A stretch of 64,000 nucleotides of DNA from Candidatus Bathyarchaeota archaeon. GTDB lineage: Archaea; Thermoproteota; Bathyarchaeia; Bathyarchaeales; WUQV01. The translations under genes were made by a program, and so were the position numbers. Where the stretch lies: assembly GCA_021158125.1 (NCBI GenBank), contig JAGGVF010000006.1:50938-114937 (forward strand). Direction: 5' to 3'. Under the pieces are notes generated by a model. It had not been told where the DNA came from, searched no databases, and saw only the letters and a program-made list of their open reading frames with translations. This document shows positions 19,401 to 27,416 of this stretch, piece by piece. Numbering within the stretch: position 1 is the first letter of the stretch; every line of letters starts with the position of its first letter.

Positions 19401-20008
19401 TTTCTTTAAGTTTCAGCTCCGATCAGCGACTCAAAGATTACATGGATCGAGTCGAACGTGTACTTGGGACAAGGGTTCGGGCTGAAATTGAGAAGGCATT
19501 AACAAACTTCTCGAAGCTGAATGTTGGAAAAATGGCGATAAATGCGGCTCGAGACGGTAGACCAATTCATAAGGAAGAAGAATTGCAAGCATTAATTTCA
19601 TGGAATTCTTCTTTTCCGCCAATTCTAGTTAGGGGCCGTTTTGATCTTTTGTTCCAGAATGAAAAAGGAGATTGGATTCTTGTGGACTTCAAAGCTGAGA
19701 AAATGCCACCTCCTAACTCTTTTAGGGACAGAATATACAGAGGGCAAATAAATGCATATGCATGGCTTATATTAAACGCATTAGGCATTAAAATAAAAAA
19801 GGCCTATTTAGCCTACGTTCATCCCAACGGAGCTGAAAAAGAAGTCATCCCTGATGAAACAGAGTTCGAAGAACAAGTAAAATCAAGCATCAATTCACTA
19901 ACGCTTGATCCACAAAAAGGTCTAAAAGCCACACCATCTTACAGCCCAGATGGACCTTGTTCTAATTGCCCATACAGCCGAAAGGTTGGTGGTCCATGCG
20001 AGAATTGA
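16406..20008 (+). CDS. AddA/UvrD-like superfamily-1 helicase with C-terminal PD-(D/E)xK Fe-S nuclease
   Basis: Walker A DAGAGTGKTT, FVDEFQDTN, YQWRSA, MTIHAAKGLEFP, YVAATRAKDHL. Nuclease GRFDLL...ILVDFKAEK, QINAYAW. Cys ligands ECPRRY and CSNCPY...GGPC. Confidence 0.85.
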   Translation: MMLLKRNKTPELESDQKYVMNCYLRPGGRVCVDAGAGTGKTTVLIETLAETVLRELQGKPGNFNPMERILVVSFGVEASRQLKSRLKERLRDHESAGGILPTNIWRFIETESHIQTIDAFLQALLREIVTEIGLNPSFEISTGLEQDNLVDEIINKIRNDPSLAPKWFRLERAFPNLDYLEYPPENLRDMIWNTHQKAREFCLDVKEVKNQLVFAVKNLIHKGFEPPFTIDALQKLVQQLSNNTYVLTCPDHQKAAMIEHAEDVYNYSLQLANDFGDLLIAFDEQYDAISKKTGKLTYIDVAYLVWQYTFKKGGNDWKTRLQNRFDHIFVDEFQDTNFVQYEIIKSLIRSGPPEKRNHVMFIGDLKQSIYQWRSAEPQIFRDLILSLKQKTAADSIPEGMTYAPLVSNFRSHPKLIDFFNGVFSQLFKDRARGAVSGEVPYEELIAKVELASDDNKPRVHILINPGRTVREWVDYEAQKLAAIIRGILQPNSGILVHEENKTRQPYAGDIVLLFRRKENIPRYVNELRSSGINCAIQTDVSLFGEPEVSLIIDFLDWLANPDSRESITRILRSPIIALSDKTLRYLASKRFFLVKALNDWKPEFNLPEEDKRRLIELLKFREDLRWDREGPKAALIERIIAHGYFDSVVLTSEDGLQAQANLWMLIEVVSSWEEEELLSYRDFIKTLKALRDRAYRGVEKDFPRAILADEKTKDSVKVMTIHAAKGLEFPIVIIPESIVHARESVRNERIIRNRRSGIILRPRAEHTYLPSDVQITNVNNNKHISWVGRGDEEAILWLSPERSTETGLFVTDSPIHQNVKNDVAEFWRLLYVAATRAKDHLIFSIGNDDRWEKYEWNSWMRFLRTSLNLIDVQAANGNTSKKVELASKQIEIGIEDLPSVPPPTPAPFLDKPIPNGKNAEYKSGCPSFVPSQINPSEFPIFLECPRRYQYAAIWRTSGLRESSLTADASGAQPPCTKSGKMSADEWGDQVHKALRLWDFSLSFSSDQRLKDYMDRVERVLGTRVRAEIEKALTNFSKLNVGKMAINAARDGRPIHKEEELQALISWNSSFPPILVRGRFDLLFQNEKGDWILVDFKAEKMPPPNSFRDRIYRGQINAYAWLILNALGIKIKKAYLAYVHPNGAEKEVIPDETEFEEQVKSSINSLTLDPQKGLKATPSYSPDGPCSNCPYSRKVGGPCEN

Positions 20009-22438
20009 TTAATGACAAAATTCGCACGTCTAGCGATGTTCGATTCCCATTATATGACAAAGCTGAAAAACTAGGCGTGTTTACTGCCGAAAAAGGATGG
20101 TTGATCTCTGCACCGACAGCTACGGGAAAAAGTCATATTGGCATCGAAGTAATTAAGCGTAATCTTCCTAAAAAACCAAGAATGGAGACTTTTCTTTACC
20201 TTGTTTCCTATAAGGCACTTGCCGAAGAAATCTATGCAAAGCTCAAAAAGGAATTGCCGCCTGAGACACGAATTAACATAAAAACTGGCGATTATGACCG
20301 CCCATTTATACCTACAGAAACAGATGTTTTAGTTGCAACCTATGAAAGTATCGACGGAATGATCCAGCAAGGGATAGAGTTTTATCCTTCCATAGTCGTT
20401 GCTGATGAGATTTCAATTATTTCTGATGATCACAGAGGTGCAAAAATAGAATCTTTGATTTCTTATCTTGCTAAGTTCAAATCTGGCACTAAACTTTACG
20501 CATTGTCTGCCGTATTATCTGCACCTGAACGCATAGCTAAATGGTTAGGTACAGAGTTATTGCTGGGAAACGAGGAGGATAGACCTGTTAAACTTGAAAT
20601 CAAGTGTTTACTGATCCCTAAAGGGAAAAAAATTGCTACAATAAGAAAACTTATTAAAAACGGGCTCTCACAAGGGAATTTTCTGATCTTCTGTGAGACA
20701 AAAAGGGAAGTGGAGAAACTTTGCAGTGAACTAAAGAATATTGTCGCTGCTTCCATGACAAGTAGAGAAATTCGAGAAGTCAAAGAACTAGCTATCCAGC
20801 TTAAGAATGAATTTCCGTATCTTGTAGACATTCCTGAACTAATAACAAAAGGTGTGGCATATCATCATGCAGATCTAGAAGTCGACTTAAGAAACAGAAT
20901 AGAAGAGGCCTTTAGACAAAAGAAAATAAAAGTTGTCGTGGCGACAACCACTCTCTCAGCAGGAGTTAATCTTCCAGCTAGATTTGTAATAGTACGAGAC
21001 GTTACTCGCCATGAAGCTGGAAGAAGAAAACTGCTACCCATATCAGAAATGGTAAACATGCTTGGACGGGCTGGAAGACCAGGCCATGACAAGCTTGGAA
21101 CTGGCTATTTTTTTGTTCCAAAGGAAAAAGCGAACCAGCGAAGCTATAAGGAATTTATATCAAAAGTCAAAAAAATGCAAAGTAGAAGAATTAAATAGCC
21201 AGATTCCAAAAAGCATGACAAATGTTCTTCATTTTATTCTTGCGACCGCTGCAAGATTTAAGGGAATTACGCGTGATGATTTGATTTCAGTATACAATAC
21301 TACCTTATGGGGATTTGAACATCCGCTAAAGGGGCCATTTCTGTCTAGTGAAAAATTAACTAGTAGAATTAGAGAGGTCTTAAAACCTCCAAGAGGTGGT
21401 GTAAAGATCGATCAAACCAGTATCCGAATAGCTGGAAATGTTTTATACGCAAAAGGAGGGTCCAAACAATATGAAATCACAATATCAGAAGAGAAATGTA
21501 CATGCGAATGCCCTGCGTTCACCTATAGAGGAGGAATATGTAAACATATTAGGCAGCTTCAATACGATGCGATAATAGGAGACATTGGAAAGAAGAATCC
21601 CGAAGCAAAAACTATCGCAATCGCATCTTTTAAGAGCACTGGGCTTAAACGTGACCCAATGTATATGTTGTCTGTAGGCGTCGATTTACTGTTAAACTGG
21701 AAATTTTTAGAGGAAAAAAATGGAAAGCTCTTGATCACCAGAGACGGTAGACAAGCTCTTGTTAATTATCTACTTGAGATGGAACATGTTAGACTTTTAA
21801 GAGATCGTATCAAAAAAGGCGAAACTGTGAAAAATGAAGAAGACATAATTAGATGGGCTATAGAGGACTATACGATACCTGAAGATGAAACAACTCGAAG
21901 TGGTCTTCCAGAAGTGTTAGCTCAAGCTATTTGGAAACATGTCAAAAATCAACCATATAAGCAAATTCTGCCGAAACGCTGGATTAAACCTTTCTTGGAT
22001 GCAAAAGATAAGTTAAACCAAATTTTCAATGCCTACCTTGCATTTTGCCCAAAAGAAAACAAGATGCTTGCTCAACTCATCAGAACTGCTAGAAGGAGAG
22101 TCCATTATGGTTGCATCAAAGAACTTCTGCCGTTAATGGTTCTTGACATAGAAGAAATTAATGATGTCTTAAAAGCGGAAAAACTTTTCCAAAATGGAAT
22201 AAAGAACGTTAATGACCTTTCAAGAGTCTACTATGAAGAACTTTCCGAATTACTTAAAATCTCTCAAGATGAGGCAAGAAAAGCTGTACAAAAAGCAAAA
22301 AATATAGTCAAACTTGTTTCAGAATTTAGCGGAGACAGAGCACAACTAGGCATATTAGCGGCACGAACAGGGGTAAAGGTTGACGCCCTTCTTGACTATC
22401 TCCTTCCTAAGGAAATGGCTGAAAGACTTAGATATTAA
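19966..22438 (+). pseudogene. Ski2/Hel308-like superfamily-2 helicase with SWIM zinc finger, split by a +1 frameshift in an A7 run (21169-21175)
   Basis: Part 1: SAPTATGKSH (Walker A), VADEIS (DExx), ATTTLSAGVNLPA, MLGRAGRPG (motif VI). Part 2 (frame +1) continues with a winged-helix-like region, CTCECPAFTYRGGICKH (SWIM CxCxnCxH) and an HhH-like C-terminus. Removing one A joins ...SKVKKCKVEELNSQ. Confidence 0.75.
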
Positions 22439-22492
22439 CAGGGAATAGCCAGTTGCTCCATAAGGTTCTATTAACTTTTATTATCTTCTCAT

Positions 22493-22732
22493 TTACTTTT
22501 TAAGATTAATTGCTTCGAGTATCTCCAACATTTTGGTTCCATTTTCAGTTAATCGTAGCGATAAGCTTTCTATGCAGATAAGTTTCTTTCTTTCCAGAGA
22601 TTTTATGGCATTTTCAAAGGCATTTTTTTGGACGCCATTTTTAGTAAAGGTATCATATAACCAAAGAGTTGAGATAGGCTTGTCTGAAAGCCTTTTTAGT
22701 ATTTGAACTTCAAGATCACCAAGCATGAACAT
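22493..22732 (-). CDS. small wHTH protein
   Basis: LEVQILKRLSDKPISTLWLYDTF...IKSLERKKLICIESLSLRLTENG fits a MarR/ArsR-like winged helix. Confidence 0.5.
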   Translation of the reverse strand: MFMLGDLEVQILKRLSDKPISTLWLYDTFTKNGVQKNAFENAIKSLERKKLICIESLSLRLTENGTKMLEILEAINLKK

Positions 22733-22847
22733 ATTAATCTTCTGGAAATTGCCAGAGAATTAGATAGACTTTATGAATCTTGAATCTGTAGTTAGCCTTA
22801 ACAAATGATATGATAATAAGTAAAACGAAAGTAGCTTGGGGATATAT

Positions 22848-23009
22848 GTGAATGAAAAGGAAGAATATCATTGCAGAGTTTGTGGTCGGAAAATAAGCAA
22901 AGAAGAATATGAGGCGTTTGACGGCCTATGCGAAGAATGCTGGGAAGACGAAATGACAGAAGAAATCGACACAACAGAAGGAACAGACGAAGAATTCGTC
23001 CCAATATGA
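22848..23009 (+). CDS. small zinc-ribbon protein with acidic tail
   Basis: VNEKEEYHCRVCGRKISKEEYEAFDGLCEECWEDEM... has CxxC...CxxC. GTG start. Below the track cutoff. The overlapping minus ORF 22798-23091 looks spurious. Confidence 0.4.
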   Translation: MNEKEEYHCRVCGRKISKEEYEAFDGLCEECWEDEMTEEIDTTEGTDEEFVPI

Positions 23010-23137
23010 CATTAACACGGTAATATCCAGAAAAGTCAATCAAAGTCGTTTGCCTATATACAATTAACGCCCTTCTTACCACTACAGGCACGCATCTGGG
23101 CTTTGTTCTCTCGTTGTATCCCTTGGTTTCACAGCAC

Positions 23138-24391
23138 TCATGACATGCTTGAAGGGCTTGGAGGAGGTCGCGTTCCTAACTCAACGGCAAATGTCATTGT
23201 TTGGTTGTTTCTTACTATTGTTACGTTTATTGTTTGCCCCGGTAGAGTGTACTCTTCTAGGTAAGTTGCGAGGGCGTCTATGTTGGTGATTCTTGTTTGA
23301 TTGATGGCTATTATGATATCGCCGCCGATGGTTACCCATTTTCCCGCGATTTGGACTTGTTGTGTCCCGCCTTGTAAACCTGCTTGGTCTGCTGGTCCAT
23401 CACTTACAACATGGACGATTAGACAACCATATGTGATGTTAACCTTCATTGCCGTTGCGATTTCGTAGGTCATGTCTATTACTTCTACGCCTAGCCATGG
23501 ATGCTTATTATATGTACCATTTTCTATTAACGCTCCTATCTCCCGTAAAATAGTGTTTGATGGAATTGCGAAGCCGAGTCCTTGGGAATTCTTCACAATG
23601 GCTGTGGTTATGCCAACAACTTGTCCTCGGTAGTTTAGAAGCGGTCCTCCTGAGTTGCCAGGGTTAATCGGTGCGGTTATTTGGATGACGTTAGCTATTG
23701 GGTATCCACCAGTCGTTTCTTCAGTTATTGTTCTTCCTAGTTGACTAACTATGCCTGTGGTCACAGAGCCTGCTAGTCCAAACGGGTTGCCTACTGCTAT
23801 CACTGGGTCACCAACTTTTAGTGTTGATGAACTGACAATTTCTAGAGGCTTGTATTCGCTTTGTGGGGCGTCTGTTGAAAGCACTGCAAGATCTGCGTAG
23901 GGGTCCGAGCCTAGAACAGTTGCTGCGTACCCGTTTCCGTTCATGAAGGTTACGGTGATATTGATTGCATTATGGACTACGTGATAGTTTGTGAGGATTA
24001 CCATTTGTCCAGTAAAGTTGTAGACGAATCCTGACCCTTGGACTTGTGTGTAGTAGGGGCCCCAAGGACCATACTGCACTATTACCCCTCGGATTAAGAC
24101 AACAGAGTCTCTAATTTGCTCATATAACTGGGACAGTGAAACATTTTCTCCTAAGATGTAGGTTATATTTTGAGTGACGTTTTGACAAGTAGCATTCTGT
24201 GTTGATTGAAGATTCGAAATTTGTTCTTGAAGCACTGATAATTGATTCTGCATGTTGCTGATTCTTTCTGAAATCATTGAGTAACTTATTAAATAGCCGA
24301 GCGTTCCTCCTGCAAATAGGCTAACCACGACAATTGTTACTATAAGAATTGTTGAAAAGCGTGTTACTTTTGATTTTTGAGGAAGCTCCAA
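23138..24391 (-). CDS. HtrA/DegP-family serine protease with N-terminal TM/coiled coil and a PDZ domain
   Basis: Trypsin-fold motifs TNYHVV, DLAVL, GNSGGPLLN (catalytic Ser), followed by a PDZ-like region. Confidence 0.9.
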   Translation of the reverse strand: MELPQKSKVTRFSTILIVTIVVVSLFAGGTLGYLISYSMISERISNMQNQLSVLQEQISNLQSTQNATCQNVTQNITYILGENVSLSQLYEQIRDSVVLIRGVIVQYGPWGPYYTQVQGSGFVYNFTGQMVILTNYHVVHNAINITVTFMNGNGYAATVLGSDPYADLAVLSTDAPQSEYKPLEIVSSSTLKVGDPVIAVGNPFGLAGSVTTGIVSQLGRTITEETTGGYPIANVIQITAPINPGNSGGPLLNYRGQVVGITTAIVKNSQGLGFAIPSNTILREIGALIENGTYNKHPWLGVEVIDMTYEIATAMKVNITYGCLIVHVVSDGPADQAGLQGGTQQVQIAGKWVTIGGDIIIAINQTRITNIDALATYLEEYTLPGQTINVTIVRNNQTMTFAVELGTRPPPSPSSMS

Positions 24392-24411
24392 TTATAATCC
24401 CTCTTATGTGC

Positions 24412-25203
24412 TCATTTTTTTAGTTTCCTCCCGCAATGGGGGCACCGTATGTCATCCGGCTGAGTTCGGCCGCCACATCTGGGGCACATGAGCCCTTTCT
24501 CTACGAGGTGCGTTCCTTTCCTCTCTTTTTTCAATAGTCTTCCATCGTGGAGAAACAGCATTCTGTCTGTGAGTGTGGCTATGTGGCTGTCATGAGTTAC
24601 CATGACAATGGTGGTTCCTTGATCAATGTTTAGTTTTCCCAGAAGCCTGACGATCTGATAACTGGTTTTTGTATCTAGGTTGCCTGTGGGTTCATCTGCC
24701 AGAATTATGGCGGGATTGTTCGCTAATGCCCGAGCGATGGCGACTCTTTGTTGCTCTCCTGCACTTAATTGATGCGGCATGTGGTCTTCTCTTCCCGACA
24801 GCCCGACCATTTCCAATAGTTCGCGAGCTCTCTTCCTTCTTTCATCCCTTGACTTTTTTGTGCCTTCCATGGGGAGTTCCACGTTTTCAATTGCGTTCAA
24901 GTATGGTAGTAGGTTGAAAGTTTGGAAGACGAATCCTATTTTATGTCTTCTTATTTCATAGAGGCTCTTCTCTGGCAACTTTGTGACATCTACTCCGTCT
25001 AGAATAACTTTCCCACGTGTCGGTTTGTCGAGACAGCCCAAAATGTTTAGTAGCGTTGTCTTGCCGGAGCCGGAGGGGCCCATGATCGAGACGAACTCGC
25101 CCTTCTCTACTTGAAGGTTTACTCCAGAGAGGGCACGAATTCTGCGTCCACCTATTTTGTAGACCTTTTCTAGTTGTTCTGTTTTTAGAATCAGTTCACT
25201 CAT
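24412..25203 (-). CDS. ABC transporter ATP-binding protein (MacB/LolD type) with C-terminal zinc ribbon
   Basis: [36 protein letters not shown]-terminal CPRCGG...CPHCG. Confidence 0.9.
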   Translation of the reverse strand: MSELILKTEQLEKVYKIGGRRIRALSGVNLQVEKGEFVSIMGPSGSGKTTLLNILGCLDKPTRGKVILDGVDVTKLPEKSLYEIRRHKIGFVFQTFNLLPYLNAIENVELPMEGTKKSRDERRKRARELLEMVGLSGREDHMPHQLSAGEQQRVAIARALANNPAIILADEPTGNLDTKTSYQIVRLLGKLNIDQGTTIVMVTHDSHIATLTDRMLFLHDGRLLKKERKGTHLVEKGLMCPRCGGRTQPDDIRCPHCGRKLKK

Positions 25204-26548
25204 GCCTCAACGCCTCTACAGGTCTTGTTCTGGACGCCCTCCACGCGGGGTATAGACTGCCTAAGGCTCCAAGTAGAACAGCTACGCCTATTCCAGCCAA
25301 TATGAGTTGCATATCAGGGCTTGCGACAACGGAGGGCTCCGAAGCCCAAGGTGCTGAACTGTGTCCTCCATGACTACTCAACATTTCTAAATTGGATCTA
25401 AGCTGAGGGAGTACTAGAGTCGCCAACATAGGTGCACCTACACTTCCAATGGCAGCTCCAACAATTCCTCCTATTAGGCTGATTATTGCTCCTTCAAGCA
25501 CGAATTGTGCCATGACATTCCAGTTGGTGAAACCCAAGGCTTTCATTATGCCTATCTCCTTTGTTCTTTCACGTACGGTGTAGAGCATTGTGAATAATAC
25601 CATTGAACCTGTAGCAATGAGGGAGATGAGAGTCACCTGATTAGCGGTAACTTGTATTTGACCGAGGTGCACAGATAATTTTTCCAGCATTTCTTCGTAT
25701 TGTCGCTGCATGCTTTCAGCTGTATGTTGCTGTTCATGATAGGTAGAGACTGCCAAATCGGGGTATTTCGCCTTTAATTCATTGGCTACCTTGTCTACAG
25801 AGGGGAGATCTTTCGCGACCACCATTATTTGTTCAACCTTTCCTTCGGCATTCAGTATTTTTTGAGCTTCTCGAAGATCCATGTAGACCATTTTTTCTTC
25901 AAGGTCGATGCTGGAGCGGAAAACGCCCACAACGCGAAAATCTGTTCCATTAATGTTCAAGGTGTCGCCGGCTCCAACATTAAAGCGGCGTGAAACGTTT
26001 AAACCGATGAGAACGGCGTCACTCTCTCCATCGTATGGTTTTCTTCCCTCAATAATGTCGCAAGGAAATAGGAAGTAAAGGTCGTCCAGCGTTGAATTAA
26101 ATGGTACACCTTGTATAACGTAATAGATATCCATGTAAGTGTATATGCTGGTCGCTGTTTGTTCTGTTTTCTTTTCTCCGAAGGCCTTCATCAGAAACGG
26201 CACCACATCTTGGACGCCATCCAAAGTCCGGATTTCGTCCACAATGCTTTCATTGATGAGGGGAATTTGAAATGTTTGATACAGTTGCTGATTGTTGGGT
26301 GTGCTGGGCATACCTGCAGTAACGTATATTTGTAGGGCTGTTCGGTTGATCTGCTCCATCAGGTGTGCAAGGTTTTCTTGGTACTTTTCCGTCATGGCTT
26401 GAGTAATGTCTTGGTTTGCCTTGATGCCTGCGGGGACCGAGATTAGAACCGCTATAGAGAAGCCCAAGGCGATAACTACTAACAGCACCCTAACTTTCCT
26501 TCTTGAAATGTTTCTGAATGCTCTTGTTAAGACACCCAAACGCATCAC
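25196..26548 (-). CDS. ABC transporter permease, FtsX/MacB type
   Basis: N-terminal TM, large extracytoplasmic domain, then three C-terminal TMs with KEIGIMKALGF (the FtsX signature). Overlaps the ATPase gene. Confidence 0.85.
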   Translation of the reverse strand: MMRLGVLTRAFRNISRRKVRVLLVVIALGFSIAVLISVPAGIKANQDITQAMTEKYQENLAHLMEQINRTALQIYVTAGMPSTPNNQQLYQTFQIPLINESIVDEIRTLDGVQDVVPFLMKAFGEKKTEQTATSIYTYMDIYYVIQGVPFNSTLDDLYFLFPCDIIEGRKPYDGESDAVLIGLNVSRRFNVGAGDTLNINGTDFRVVGVFRSSIDLEEKMVYMDLREAQKILNAEGKVEQIMVVAKDLPSVDKVANELKAKYPDLAVSTYHEQQHTAESMQRQYEEMLEKLSVHLGQIQVTANQVTLISLIATGSMVLFTMLYTVRERTKEIGIMKALGFTNWNVMAQFVLEGAIISLIGGIVGAAIGSVGAPMLATLVLPQLRSNLEMLSSHGGHSSAPWASEPSVVASPDMQLILAGIGVAVLLGALGSLYPAWRASRTRPVEALRHE

Positions 26549-26558
26549 TTCCCTTAAC

Positions 26559-26581
26559 AGCTACTATATGCTTTAGTAGCT
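26559..26581. promoter_or_regulatory. candidate BlaI-type operator 1 (AGCTACTA-N7-TAGTAGCT)
   Basis: Perfect 8-bp inverted arms with a 7-nt spacer, about 10 nt upstream of the permease start. Same geometry as 26926-26948. Confidence 0.45.
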
Positions 26582-26925
26582 CTTTCTTATAAGTATTACT
26601 ACGACAGATAGTAGCTCTTACGACCCATCAAGCAGTCTCAAGTGCTCTTGAAACTGGAATCCTTCATGGCTATCTCGATCGTCTTAATCTTCTAACCCAT
26701 CTGTCCGGGTGCATTGAGATTCTCAACTTTCTCAGCATCAATCGCTATGCTTTGTTGGAATCATAGAGCGTGTTGTTAAACATCTAAAACATTGGTTGCA
26801 AAGAAATCAAACGAGATCAGCATCAGAATCTAACGTGAAAACATGTTTCATTTATTTCTAGTTCCCGTAAGTAGCAACTGCTAAAGAACTGATGATGCCA
26901 TGGTATATTTTTCGAAAAATTAAAT

Positions 26926-26948
26926 AGCTACTATAGGTAATAGTAGTT
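26926..26948. promoter_or_regulatory. candidate BlaI-type operator 2 (AGCTACTA-N7-TAGTAGTT)
   Basis: Same arms (15/16 nt) and spacer length as operator 1, 12 nt upstream of the blaI-like ATG. Confidence 0.45.
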
Positions 26949-26959
26949 ATGAGAAAATT

Positions 26960-27412
26960 ATGTCTAAAAAGAAAAAATATAGAATTTCCCAGTATAACAT
27001 TGAAGGAGAACAATTAGAGAGCTTCTTAGGTCCCCTTGAGACAAAAGTAATCGAAGCAGTATGGAATTCTAAGAAAAAACCAGTAACTGTTAGAGAAATC
27101 TATGAGACACTTAGGAAACAGACGAAAATTGCCTACACCACTGTTATGTCGACCATGAACAGACTGTATGAGAAAGGCTTGCTTGACAGACGAATTGAAA
27201 GGGGGAAAGGCGGACTGTATTATGTCTACTGGCCGAAAGTTGGAGAACAGAATTTCAAGAAGTCAGCCGTTCGGCAAGTCATTAGTAGCCTTCTTAGAAA
27301 CTTTGGAGAAATTGTTACGAGTTGTTTTATCGAGGAAGCGGCTACAAGTGAAGAAGAATTGAAGGCCCTAAGAGAACAACTTGAGAAAATGCTGAAGGAA
27401 AGGAGGAAGTGA
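26960..27412 (+). CDS. BlaI/MecI/CopY-family transcriptional repressor
   Basis: LGPLETKVIEAVWNSKKKPVTVREIYETLRKQTKIAYTTVMSTMNRLYEKGLL is the penicillinase-repressor wHTH pattern. Confidence 0.85.
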   Translation: MSKKKKYRISQYNIEGEQLESFLGPLETKVIEAVWNSKKKPVTVREIYETLRKQTKIAYTTVMSTMNRLYEKGLLDRRIERGKGGLYYVYWPKVGEQNFKKSAVRQVISSLLRNFGEIVTSCFIEEAATSEEELKALREQLEKMLKERRK

Positions 27413-27416
27413 AGGC

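Noticed and set aside
22798-23091. 97-aa minus-strand ORF
   Set aside because: Leu/Arg/Phe-rich low-complexity translation. The opposite strand encodes a neat CxxC...CxxC zinc-ribbon peptide (22848-23009), which I prefer.
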